Shown one piece after another: positions 26,371 through 35,117 of a stretch of 42,219 bases of DNA. Below the pieces are notes generated by a model, which did not search any database, had not been told where the DNA came from, and saw only the letters and a program-made list of their open reading frames with translations. Numbering within the stretch: the stretch's first letter is position 1; each line of letters begins with the position of its first letter. The position numbers were made by a program, and so were the translations under genes. The stretch comes from Pseudomonadota bacterium (lineage in GTDB: Bacteria > Pseudomonadota > Alphaproteobacteria > Rhodobacterales > Rhodobacteraceae), in assembly GCA_039198535.1 (NCBI GenBank), contig JBCCTM010000001.1:1-42219 (forward strand), read 5' to 3'.

Positions 26371-26574
26371 AAAAAGTCTCCTTGGCTGCTTGCAAGCGCT
26401 TGGCGGCCGTCTCCGCCGTTCGGCCGAACGGTGACGGTATCGCATTGGATCTGCTTAGCTTAGTCGCGCCGATTTGGCGATGCTGCGATGCGCCGCCGCG
26501 GCTCGAAACAGCGCTAGAAAAACTGGCCCGCCGCTTGCGCCTCCCCCTCCACGCCATTGCTTGGAGGGTTCAAA

Positions 26575-27330
26575 ATGAGATCCAGCCGAACGCTATTGGG
26601 GGAGACCCCTCTCCGAAAAGCAGTGTTTGGCGCGGCCACGCTCTCCGCTTGCATCCTAATCACGGCCACCGCCGGGGCCTTGGAGACCGGCCCCGCCCCA
26701 AAACGGGACGTCGCGGCTGCGCGTGCGGCGGCGGTGTCCGCGCCGGTCGAGGCCCGCGGCGATCACACCGCGTCCATGACGCCGCCGCTTGACCAGCGCG
26801 ACAGGGCGAATGCGGGGCGCGCCTTGGCGGCGGCGGTGATGCGCGAAGGCGGCGGCGTGCGGCCGCCCTATGGCTTTACGCGTTTTTGCGCCTCTGATCA
26901 GACATACTGCGCGCCGCCCGAGCAGCGGCGCCCGGGCGCGAGCGTCCCTGTTAGCGACAGCATGGTCAGACAGCTCGAGGCCTTCAATCGCAGCGTCAAT
27001 CACCGCTTTGAGCCGCGTGAGGACCTGGATGTGCACGGCGTCACTGACCACTGGACCTTTCCCAGCGTCTACGCCGATTGCGAGGATTACGTGCTGGAAA
27101 AGCAGGCGCGTCTGTTGGAGGCGGGCTGGCCCAAAGAGGCGCTGTTAATCGGCGTCGTGGTTGGACGCGACGCGCCCTATCACGCGGTGCTGATCGTGCG
27201 CACCTCAAAGGGCGAGTTGGTGCTCGACAACCTCACCGATGAGGTCCGCGACTGGCGGGAGACCGGCTACACTTGGGTGATCCGCCAATCCACCCAGCAT
27301 GCCGAACGCTGGGTGGAGGTGGTCGACTGA
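26575..27330 (+). CDS. periplasmic transglutaminase-like cysteine peptidase (BTLCP/LapG-like)
   Basis: ATG 26575 follows GGAGGG. Signal peptide present. Catalytic-triad context YADCEDYVLEK, YHAVLIV, VLDNL. Confidence 0.8.
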   Translation: MRSSRTLLGETPLRKAVFGAATLSACILITATAGALETGPAPKRDVAAARAAAVSAPVEARGDHTASMTPPLDQRDRANAGRALAAAVMREGGGVRPPYGFTRFCASDQTYCAPPEQRRPGASVPVSDSMVRQLEAFNRSVNHRFEPREDLDVHGVTDHWTFPSVYADCEDYVLEKQARLLEAGWPKEALLIGVVVGRDAPYHAVLIVRTSKGELVLDNLTDEVRDWRETGYTWVIRQSTQHAERWVEVVD

Positions 27331-27339
27331 GCCGTCGGC

Positions 27340-27714
27340 TCAGCTCTGGATAAAGTGGGCGGCGCAGATTTTATTGCCGTCCGGATCCCGAAAATACGCG
27401 CCATAGAACATGCCCGGCACGCGCTCGCCCGGCTCGCCTTCGCAAGGCGCGCCCAGCTCAATCGCTTTGGCGTGCATGCGGTCCACAGTGGCTTTGTCCG
27501 GGCAGGCGATGGCCGGCATCACGCCATTGCCGCAGCTGGCGTCTTTCTGGTCCCAAGGCGAGCCGATCCCGAGCATGGCGCCTGAATTATTGGAATAGAA
27601 TTGCAGGCGGTCATTGGCGAACGCGCGTTGCGCGCCAACCTCCGCCAGGATCGCATCGTAAAAGGCCAGGGCCTCTTCTTTTTTATTCGTGCCGATCACA
27701 GTGTAGGCCAGCAT
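27340..27714 (-). CDS. VOC (glyoxalase/bleomycin-resistance) family protein
   Basis: ATG 27714 lies 6 nt after GGGGAGG. About 124 aa with YGAYFRDPDGNKI, typical of the VOC C-terminus. Confidence 0.75.
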   Translation of the reverse strand: MLAYTVIGTNKKEEALAFYDAILAEVGAQRAFANDRLQFYSNNSGAMLGIGSPWDQKDASCGNGVMPAIACPDKATVDRMHAKAIELGAPCEGEPGERVPGMFYGAYFRDPDGNKICAAHFIQS

Positions 27715-27839
27715 CGGTCGCCTCCCCTTCTTCATTTATGTGTGATGGCGCGCCGCACGCGGCCCGCGCCAGCGCAGGATGCGCCGCGCGACTGTTATGC
27801 GCTGCGCGGGAGGGCGCAAACCAGAAATGAAGAGCGGCT

Positions 27840-28697
27840 CTAGAGATCGATGGCCGTCGCGGTGACGACGGAGCCGGCGTCCGGCGCGCTGGCCGACGGC
27901 CCGGGCGGCGGCCCGCTGGGCGGCTCAAGCGGCGCGGCCGGCGAGTTGAGATCCGGCACCAAAGGCGGGTTCTCGGCGCTGGGCGGCAACTCGCCGCTGG
28001 GGCTGCCGCTGACGCCGATGCTGTCGCGGTCCGCAGGGGCGACGCCGATATCCTGCACCACCATCACCGGCGTTCCATTGGGGACGTTGTCGAACAGCCA
28101 CTTGATGTCTTCCGAGAACAGCCGGAAGCAGCCGGCGGTCACCCGGTCCCCGATCACGCCGGGCGTGTTGGTCCCGTGGATCGCGTAATAGCGCCAGCTA
28201 AGGTACAGCGCGTATTCGCCGAGCGGGTTGTGCGGCCCGGGCGGAATGTAGCGCGGCACCTCCGGGTTGGCCTCGATCATGGACGGCGTCGCCGTCCAGT
28301 CCGGATCCTTGCGCCGCCAGGTGATTTTCGTGCGCCCCGTGCGGGTCAATTCTTCGGTCATCGGCACGGCGATGGGGAAGGCGTGGCTCTTCACCGCGCC
28401 CGGCTCCCAATAGACCAGCCACCGCTTGTCGATGTTGATCAGGATCGCGCCCTTGGCGATGTCGCGCTCATTGAAATGCTCACGCCAATCGGGGCGAACC
28501 GTGACCGGATTGCGCCGACGCTCCGCCTCCTTGGCGCGCAGGGCCGCGGCGGTCAGCTCGGCGGAGGTCGGGGCTGGGGCCATCAACTCGCGCTCCGCGC
28601 CGCCGCATGCCGCAACGGCCCCGCCCAAGCCAAGCCCCAAGGCTGCGCGCCGGGTCAAGACGCTCCGGCGACTGCGTCTCGGCTGCTGATCGACCAT
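27840..28697 (-). CDS. L,D-transpeptidase (YkuD domain), Tat/lipoprotein-type leader
   Basis: RRSRRSVLTRRAALGLGLGGAVAACGG leader. Catalytic YAIHGTNTPGVIGDRVTAGCFRL. Pro-rich roughly 70-aa C-terminal tail. Confidence 0.85.
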   Translation of the reverse strand: MVDQQPRRSRRSVLTRRAALGLGLGGAVAACGGAERELMAPAPTSAELTAAALRAKEAERRRNPVTVRPDWREHFNERDIAKGAILINIDKRWLVYWEPGAVKSHAFPIAVPMTEELTRTGRTKITWRRKDPDWTATPSMIEANPEVPRYIPPGPHNPLGEYALYLSWRYYAIHGTNTPGVIGDRVTAGCFRLFSEDIKWLFDNVPNGTPVMVVQDIGVAPADRDSIGVSGSPSGELPPSAENPPLVPDLNSPAAPLEPPSGPPPGPSASAPDAGSVVTATAIDL

Positions 28698-28838
28698 CGC
28701 TTAACCCCCAAGGTACCTCACGCCACACCAATCCGGATCGGCTTCTAGCGGCCCATCGCATCCCTCGCTGGGCAGCGGTGAGCAAAAATCATGACGAGGT
28801 CAAGACAACCCGCTTCACAGTGGCGTTAGGAAACCAGG

Positions 28839-29312
28839 TCATGCGGCGCCCCCAACCACGGGGGGACCCGCCGGAGAGGGCCGCCAATCGGGCGGGGCCA
28901 GTTCAAAGCCCTCGAACTCAAACGCCGGCGCGACCGTGCAGCCCACCAACGTCCAGGCCCCCAGGGATACGGCGCTTTGCCACCAATCCTTCGGCACGAT
29001 GATCTGCGGGGTTTGGCCGGCGCCGAGCTCAGGCCCCAGATGCCGGGCTTCCGCGTCGATCCCATTGCGCGACACCGAAAGGGAGAGCGGCCCGCCCGCA
29101 TACCAATGCCAGCATTCATCGGCGTCGACGCGGTGCCAATGGGAGAAGCTGCCGGCGTCGAGCAGGTAGAAGATCGCCGAGCCCGCCGCGCGCTCGCCGG
29201 CGGGAGCGGGGGATCGCCAGGTCTCACGGTAGAAGCCGCCTTCGGGATGCGGCTTCAGGTCGAGAAGCCGCACCACCTCTTTGGCGGACGCCGAAGCGCT
29301 TAAGCCCTGCAT
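28839..29312 (-). CDS. cupin-fold protein (DUF985-like)
   Basis: LKPHPEGGFYRETW, FYLLDAGSFSHWHRV, and WQSAVSLGAWTLVGCTVAPAFEFEGFEL. Confidence 0.75.
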   Translation of the reverse strand: MQGLSASASAKEVVRLLDLKPHPEGGFYRETWRSPAPAGERAAGSAIFYLLDAGSFSHWHRVDADECWHWYAGGPLSLSVSRNGIDAEARHLGPELGAGQTPQIIVPKDWWQSAVSLGAWTLVGCTVAPAFEFEGFELAPPDWRPSPAGPPVVGGAA

Positions 29313-29389
29313 CGACCCTCCCCGATCTCATCCGCGGTTCGCCGCGGAGCCTCCCCAGACACGGGAGCCCGGCCCAAAAGCCGCGTCGC

Positions 29390-30319
29390 CTATTCCTGAC
29401 CCTTATAGATGCGCACGAGCTTCGCCAGCATCTCCAGCGCCTCCTCGCGGGGGCGTTGGAAGGTGTTGCGGCCGATGATCGAGCCGTTGCCGCCGCCATC
29501 GCGGATGGCGCGGGCGTCGTCGAACACGCTATCGGCGCCTTTCTTCGCGCCGCCGGAGAACACCACGATGCGGCGGCCGTTGAAGGAGGACTCCATCACA
29601 TGGCGCACCCGCGCGGCCTGATCGGCGATGTCGATATCCTGGGCCTCGTAGACCTTCTTCGCCTCGCCCTGGGACAGATGATCGGTGGAGAGCTTCACCT
29701 TGATGATATGCGCCCCCAAAAGCGCCGCGATCTGCGCGGCGTAGGCGGAGATGTCCATGGCCGTCTCGCCGTCCTTATCCAGCGCTTCGCCGCGCGGGTA
29801 GGACCAGATCACCGTGGCGATCCCGTAGGCTTTGGCCTCGCGGCTCATCTCCGAGATCTCTTCGAACAACTCGAGGCCTTGGCTGGAGCCTGGATAGACC
29901 GTGAAGCCGATGGCCGCGCATCCGAGGCGCAGCGCGTCCTCGACGCTGGCGGTGATCGCCTGGTCCTTCGGGGCCTCGTCGGGAATCAGCGAGTTGGCGG
30001 AGTTCACCTTCAGGATTGTTGGGATCTGGCCGGCGAACGTATCCGCACCGGCCTCTAACATCCCCAGCGGCGCGGCGTAGGCGTTCAGGCCGGCGTCGAT
30101 GGCCATCTGGAAATGGTAATGCGGATCATAGCCCGCCGGGTTTGGCGCGAAGCTGCGCGCGGGGCCGTGCTCAAAGCCCTGATCCACCGGCAAAATAATC
30201 ATCTTACCCGAGCCGCCAAGCGCGCCCTGCATCAGCATACGGCACAGATTGGCCTTCACGCCCGGCGTGTCGGATTCGTAATTGGCCAGGATTTTTTTGA
30301 CGTTTCTGGTGATCCGCAT
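29390..30319 (-). CDS. fbaB: class I fructose-bisphosphate aldolase, DhnA/FbaB type
   Basis: ILPVDQGFEHGPARSFAPNP and IPTILKVNSANSL parallel E. coli FbaB (ILPVDQGVEHSAGASFAANP). Candidate Schiff-base Lys in HIIKVK. Confidence 0.75.
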   Translation of the reverse strand: MRITRNVKKILANYESDTPGVKANLCRMLMQGALGGSGKMIILPVDQGFEHGPARSFAPNPAGYDPHYHFQMAIDAGLNAYAAPLGMLEAGADTFAGQIPTILKVNSANSLIPDEAPKDQAITASVEDALRLGCAAIGFTVYPGSSQGLELFEEISEMSREAKAYGIATVIWSYPRGEALDKDGETAMDISAYAAQIAALLGAHIIKVKLSTDHLSQGEAKKVYEAQDIDIADQAARVRHVMESSFNGRRIVVFSGGAKKGADSVFDDARAIRDGGGNGSIIGRNTFQRPREEALEMLAKLVRIYKGQE

Positions 30320-30512
30320 CTCTCGCTCTCCCTCGATTGTCGCAAGCCGCTCTTCGCATATGCAGCAGTGGCGCCGCGCCCGTCACCCCAGCCGGCCCTC
30401 GCCGCGCAATTATGGTTAACGCGCCCCCGGCTATCGTCAGATCGGGCGAAAATCCAGAAACGCGGCGCCGCCCTCCGCCGCGCCGGCTCCCGGTGGGGCG
30501 ACGGGTCGCGGC

Positions 30513-32372
30513 TCAGGTGATCACCGATTTAAAGAGACGTTGGGGCGGGCGCTGCTCAAGATCGTGGTCGCAGCCGGCGAGCTCGGTCACGAGCGCCTTC
30601 AGCGCGGCGAAGCGCGTCTCCCCAAGCTGGCGTGGCGTGAGGCCATGCCGACGGCACAGCTGCGCGGCGGCGGCCGCGGCCACGCCGTGCTGCGCGCCAT
30701 TGCCCATGAATTTCACCGAAGTGCTGGCCACGTAAGAGACGCTGATATGCTTCCCCGCCATCAGCAGATTGTCGATGTTGGCTGAGTAGAGACAACGGAA
30801 CGGCACGGCGTAGGCGCTTCGATCCCGGCCGTCGAAGATCCAGTCCTTCAGGCGGAAATCATACTCGCCCTCGCCCGGCTCATGGGCGCAATGGATGCAA
30901 AACGAGCCGTCATTGGCCACGATCGCATCGTCGAAAGGCGGATGATCCCGCACGTCGTTCTCGGTGAGCACATAGTCGCCGCGATAGCGGTGGAACTCAC
31001 CTTGCGCCGGCACAAACGCCATCCATTCGAACTCCAGATTGGCGTATTGCTCCGGCTCGAGTTTCTTCACGTTGGAGAACGTGCCGAACAGCGCGCGCAT
31101 CAGATAATCGCGGATGTGCTCCCCCTCGGTATAAGGGTCAAGCCATTGTCCGTATTCCCAAAAATGGGTGGCGGGGTAGGCGCCGTCCTCTGGTTTGAAC
31201 TGAAACTCCGGCGTGTTGGGGTTCGCCCCCGCTTTAGGCCCTGGGCCGTTCTCGAGGCCAGGCTCGATCAACTGGCCGCTGAGATTGGCGTAGTCTTTCG
31301 ACACCTCGGTCGCCCAGGGGACCTCCGGGAAGGACACGGGCGCCTCCGCCATGCGCGTGCGGAAAAACAGCGTATTCCCGTGATGCATGTCATCGCCGAT
31401 CTCGGGGGCGTAGCTCTCGCTGTAGGTGGCGCGCGCCTCCCGGCCATACATGGTCTCCGCCCCCACCAGCAGCCCCAGCCGCGCCACCCCGCTGGTGTCG
31501 ATGAACATCTCGCCGGTGAGCCGGATTTCCCGGCCGGTCCGCGCCTCCACGGCGTCCACCGAGCGGATGCGGTCACCCTCCCGCGCGGCGTCGATGACGC
31601 GATGCTCCAGGAATAGCGTCGCGGTCGGCTCAGCCTCCAGCAGCTGCTGCGCCATGAGGTCGCCATCGGGTCCGCGCTTCGAGAGCTCCCGCAGCAGCGC
31701 GCCCTGGGCGCCGCGGGGCATGAGGCCGATCTCGGTACTCGCGTTGCCGCCGAGGACAGGCCGGTCATGGATCAACGCCACCCGTTCGCCGAGACGGGCC
31801 GCGGCCAAAGCCGCCGCGCAGCCGGAGACGCCGCCGCCGACGACGACCACGTCGAAATCGCCGGCGGGCTCGGGCGCTTCCGGCAATCCGCGCATGCGCT
31901 TGCGCCACGCTCGGCTGGCCGCGTCCGCGCCATTGGGCGGCGGTCCGGCGCCTGGATCGGCGCTGAGAAAGATCGCGTCGCAGCGCCCGCAAAAGCCGGT
32001 CAGATCGTGGAGCGCGAGGCGCGCCGGCCCGGCCTCAAACGGATAAGATCCGGCCGATTGCCAAGACCAGTCCTGGCCATTGGCGCCGAACTCAATGTCC
32101 AAGCGGCGTCCGTTGACCGAGAGCGCGAACCGCCCGGGATGATGAGCGGGGACCCAGTCCTTGGCGCGCACCCAGATCTCATAGTCGCGCGCCTCTGGGA
32201 TCTCGACGGTGGTGGTCGCGTCGGCCACCGGTCGTCCCAACCCATGGGCGAGCACATAGGGAGAGCCCATCTGCGTCTCGAATTGCGAATCGACCAACCA
32301 ACCGCCCAGATCCGCAAAGGCCTCCGCTTCGACCAAAATTCCGGCCTTTGGCCAATCCGCCTCGTCAGCCAT
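30513..32372 (-). CDS. FAD-dependent oxidoreductase with an uncharacterised roughly 165-aa N-terminal domain
   Basis: ATG 32372 follows GGAGTGGAGAG. Rossmann motif DVVVVGGGVSGCAAALAAARLG...LGGN begins near aa 195. No signal peptide. Confidence 0.7.
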   Translation of the reverse strand: MADEADWPKAGILVEAEAFADLGGWLVDSQFETQMGSPYVLAHGLGRPVADATTTVEIPEARDYEIWVRAKDWVPAHHPGRFALSVNGRRLDIEFGANGQDWSWQSAGSYPFEAGPARLALHDLTGFCGRCDAIFLSADPGAGPPPNGADAASRAWRKRMRGLPEAPEPAGDFDVVVVGGGVSGCAAALAAARLGERVALIHDRPVLGGNASTEIGLMPRGAQGALLRELSKRGPDGDLMAQQLLEAEPTATLFLEHRVIDAAREGDRIRSVDAVEARTGREIRLTGEMFIDTSGVARLGLLVGAETMYGREARATYSESYAPEIGDDMHHGNTLFFRTRMAEAPVSFPEVPWATEVSKDYANLSGQLIEPGLENGPGPKAGANPNTPEFQFKPEDGAYPATHFWEYGQWLDPYTEGEHIRDYLMRALFGTFSNVKKLEPEQYANLEFEWMAFVPAQGEFHRYRGDYVLTENDVRDHPPFDDAIVANDGSFCIHCAHEPGEGEYDFRLKDWIFDGRDRSAYAVPFRCLYSANIDNLLMAGKHISVSYVASTSVKFMGNGAQHGVAAAAAAQLCRRHGLTPRQLGETRFAALKALVTELAGCDHDLEQRPPQRLFKSVIT

Positions 32373-32484
32373 GCGACGCTCTCCACTCCATTTCCGTACT
32401 TTTTCGGAACAATTGTTGTTTTTCCCAGCGGCCTCAAGACAAAACAGTGGGCGGCTTGCGCGGCCTGGACATCGGCCGCGCGCC

Positions 32485-32499
32485 GAACATATTCGGAAC
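32485..32499. promoter_or_regulatory. alphaproteobacterial-type SOS (LexA) box GAAC-N7-GAAC
   Basis: GAACATATTCGGAAC read directly, about 45 bp upstream of the uvrD start. Confidence 0.55.
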
Positions 32500-32543
32500 A
32501 CTCGTTGCTTTGCAGGGCCGCGCCAACCTGCTAGCCCTTGGCG

Positions 32544-35066
32544 ATGTCAGCTCGAACGGCTCAAGATATGGTAGATGGCTCCGCTCCGCCCGTCGATGAC
32601 GCATCCTCGCCCGAGGGCGCCGCTCCACCGACGCGCAAACTCAGCCTGTCCGAGCGCGCGGCGGCCCAGGCGCGAACAGCCGCAGCGGCGAACGCGCCGT
32701 ATCTCGACGGTTTGAATGACGCCCAGCGCGCCGCCGTTGAGGCGCTGGACGGCCCGGTGCTGATGCTCGCGGGCGCGGGCACCGGGAAAACCCGGGCGCT
32801 CACCGCCAGGCTCGCCCATCTGCTCGCCACCGGCCGCTGTCAGCCGAACGAGATCCTCGCCGTCACCTTCACCAACAAGGCCGCGCGGGAAATGCGCGAG
32901 CGGGTGCGCGGCTTTGTGGGCGGCGCGGTGGAGGGGATGCCGTGGCTCGGCACCTTCCACTCGATCTCCGCCAAGCTGCTTCGACGCCATGCGGAGCTGG
33001 TGGGGCTGCAATCGAACTTCACCATCCTCGACACCGATGACCAGCTGCGTCTGCTCAAGCAGCTGATCCAAGCGCGCGAGATCGACGATAAGCGCTGGCC
33101 GGCGCGGCAGATGGCGGGGCTCATTGATCATTGGAAGAACCGCGGCTGGACGCCGGAGCGGCTGCCCGAGGGCGAGGGCGACGCCTTCGCCGCCGGGCAA
33201 GGCGCGCCGATTTACGCGGAGTATCAAGAGCGTCTGCGCGTTCTAAACGCCTGTGATTTCGGCGACTTGCTGCTGCATTGCTTAACGATCTTCCAATCCC
33301 ACGCGGATGTGCTGGAAAAGTATCGACGTTGGTTCCGCTACATCTTGGTCGACGAATATCAAGACACCAACGTCGCCCAGTATCTCTGGCTTCGCCTGCT
33401 GGCCGGCGGAGATCCGGCGCGCGCCAACATCTGCTGCGTCGGCGATGACGACCAGTCGATCTATGGCTGGCGCGGGGCGGAGGTGGGCAACATCCTCCGC
33501 TTCGAGAAAGACTTCCCCGGCGCCCAGGTGATCCGGTTGGAGCAGAACTACCGCTCCACGCAGCACATTCTCGGCGCGGCGGCGGCGGTGATCAGCGCCA
33601 ATAAAGACCGGTTGGGCAAGACTCTGTGGACCGAGGCCGATGGCGGCGAGAAGGTCCGGCTGATCGGCCATTGGGACGGCGAGGAGGAAGCCCGCTGGAT
33701 TGGCGAGGAGATCGAGGCCGCCCAGTCCGGCACGCGGGGGCGCCCCGCCCGCAGCCTCGACGACATGGCCATCCTGGTGCGCGCCTCCCACCAGATGCGC
33801 GCCTTTGAAGACCGTTTTCTGACCATCGGCCTGCCCTACCGTGTGATCGGCGGCCCCCGCTTTTATGAGCGCCAGGAGATCCGCGACGCGCTGGCCTATC
33901 TGCGCGTGGTGGCCTCGCCGGAGGACGGGCTGGCCTTCGAGCGCATCGTCAACGTCCCGCGCCGGGGCGTCGGCGACAAAGCGCTGGCCGGCATCCAAGC
34001 GGTGGCGCGGCAGGAGAACATCTCTCTGTATGACGCGGCGCGACAGCTCACGGCCGAGAGCGGGCTGCGGGGCAAGGCGGGCAAGGAGCTCGCCGCGCTC
34101 CTGGACAGCTTCGACCGCTGGCGGCGTTGGCTCGGTAAGCTCGGCGGCGAACAAAAGGTCATCGAGGCCGGCATGATGCTGGATCTCAGCCCCAATGAAG
34201 GGCCCGAACCGCCGCTCAACCATGTGGAGTTGGCGGAGCGGGTGCTCGATGAAAGCGGCTACACCGCAATGTGGCGCGCGGACAAATCGCCCGACGCGCC
34301 GGGGCGGCTCGACAATTTGAAGGAATTCGTCCGCTCTCTCGCCGAGCATGAGAGCCTGGTGGGCTTCCTCGAGCATGTGAGCTTGGTCATGGAGAATGAG
34401 CAGGCGGCGGAGGGCGCGAAGGTTTCGATCATGTCGCTCCACGCCGCCAAAGGCCTTGAGTTCCCGCTGGTGTTTCTGCCGGGTTGGGAAGAGGGGCTGT
34501 TCCCCTCGCAGCGCTCCCTGGATGAAAGTGGCCAAAAAGGCCTCGAGGAAGAGCGGCGGCTCGCCTATGTGGGCGTCACCCGCGCCGAGCAAGAGCTGAC
34601 CATCTCCTTCGCCGCCAATCGCCGGATCTACAATCAATGGCAGACCGCCTTGCCCTCGCGGTTCATCGATGAGCTGGCGGAGGAGCATGTGGAGATCCTC
34701 ACGCCCCCCGGCCTCTATGGCGGCGCGTTTGGCGGCGCCGGGATTGACGATCTGGACGGCGTGGTGCGGGGCTCGATGCTGGAGGAGCGGGCGCGGAACA
34801 GCTCTCCTTACGCGTCGCCGGGCTGGAGCCGCCTGAAGAAGAACGCCGGGCGCGACGCGCGCCGCGCGCTGCGCTCCCCGCAAGAGGTGAAAAATCTCGT
34901 GATCGACGCCCAGGCGCTCAGCGCGTTCTCCGTCGATCAGCGGGTGTTCCACGAAAAGTTCGGCTATGGGGCGATCACAGCGATCGAGGGCGATAAGCTG
35001 ACGGTGGAATTCGATAAAGCCGGCCAAAAGCGTGTGGTGGCGGGCTATCTAAAAGACGCCGCCTAG
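32544..35066 (+). CDS. uvrD: ATP-dependent DNA helicase II (UvrD/PcrA family)
   Basis: AGAGTGKTRAL (Walker A), ILVDEYQDTN, GDDDQSIYGWRGA, and MSLHAAKGLEFPLVFL. Alternative starts are TTG 32538 and ATG 32568. Confidence 0.9.
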   Translation: MSARTAQDMVDGSAPPVDDASSPEGAAPPTRKLSLSERAAAQARTAAAANAPYLDGLNDAQRAAVEALDGPVLMLAGAGTGKTRALTARLAHLLATGRCQPNEILAVTFTNKAAREMRERVRGFVGGAVEGMPWLGTFHSISAKLLRRHAELVGLQSNFTILDTDDQLRLLKQLIQAREIDDKRWPARQMAGLIDHWKNRGWTPERLPEGEGDAFAAGQGAPIYAEYQERLRVLNACDFGDLLLHCLTIFQSHADVLEKYRRWFRYILVDEYQDTNVAQYLWLRLLAGGDPARANICCVGDDDQSIYGWRGAEVGNILRFEKDFPGAQVIRLEQNYRSTQHILGAAAAVISANKDRLGKTLWTEADGGEKVRLIGHWDGEEEARWIGEEIEAAQSGTRGRPARSLDDMAILVRASHQMRAFEDRFLTIGLPYRVIGGPRFYERQEIRDALAYLRVVASPEDGLAFERIVNVPRRGVGDKALAGIQAVARQENISLYDAARQLTAESGLRGKAGKELAALLDSFDRWRRWLGKLGGEQKVIEAGMMLDLSPNEGPEPPLNHVELAERVLDESGYTAMWRADKSPDAPGRLDNLKEFVRSLAEHESLVGFLEHVSLVMENEQAAEGAKVSIMSLHAAKGLEFPLVFLPGWEEGLFPSQRSLDESGQKGLEEERRLAYVGVTRAEQELTISFAANRRIYNQWQTALPSRFIDELAEEHVEILTPPGLYGGAFGGAGIDDLDGVVRGSMLEERARNSSPYASPGWSRLKKNAGRDARRALRSPQEVKNLVIDAQALSAFSVDQRVFHEKFGYGAITAIEGDKLTVEFDKAGQKRVVAGYLKDAA

Positions 35067-35117
35067 GTCGGCTGACCCCGGCGGCGCTGATGTTTCAGAG
35101 GGAAGGTCGACCCTGGC

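Noticed and set aside
26371-26574. SAM-II riboswitch upstream of metZ
   Set aside because: I looked for the SAM-II pattern (P1 stem with U-rich strand and GCUU in the loop, then a 3' AAAGCU pseudoknot strand) on the mRNA strand. I found only AAGCUAAGC without a correctly placed partner. A GAUUUGG...AAACAGCGCU arrangement exists only on the wrong (plus) strand. This cannot be supported without a covariance-model scan. The structured leader is reported separately as a low-confidence finding.
33282-35027. 581-aa ORF antisense to uvrD
   Set aside because: No recognisable domains and an Arg/Ala/Leu-biased composition. The opposite strand encodes all UvrD helicase motifs.
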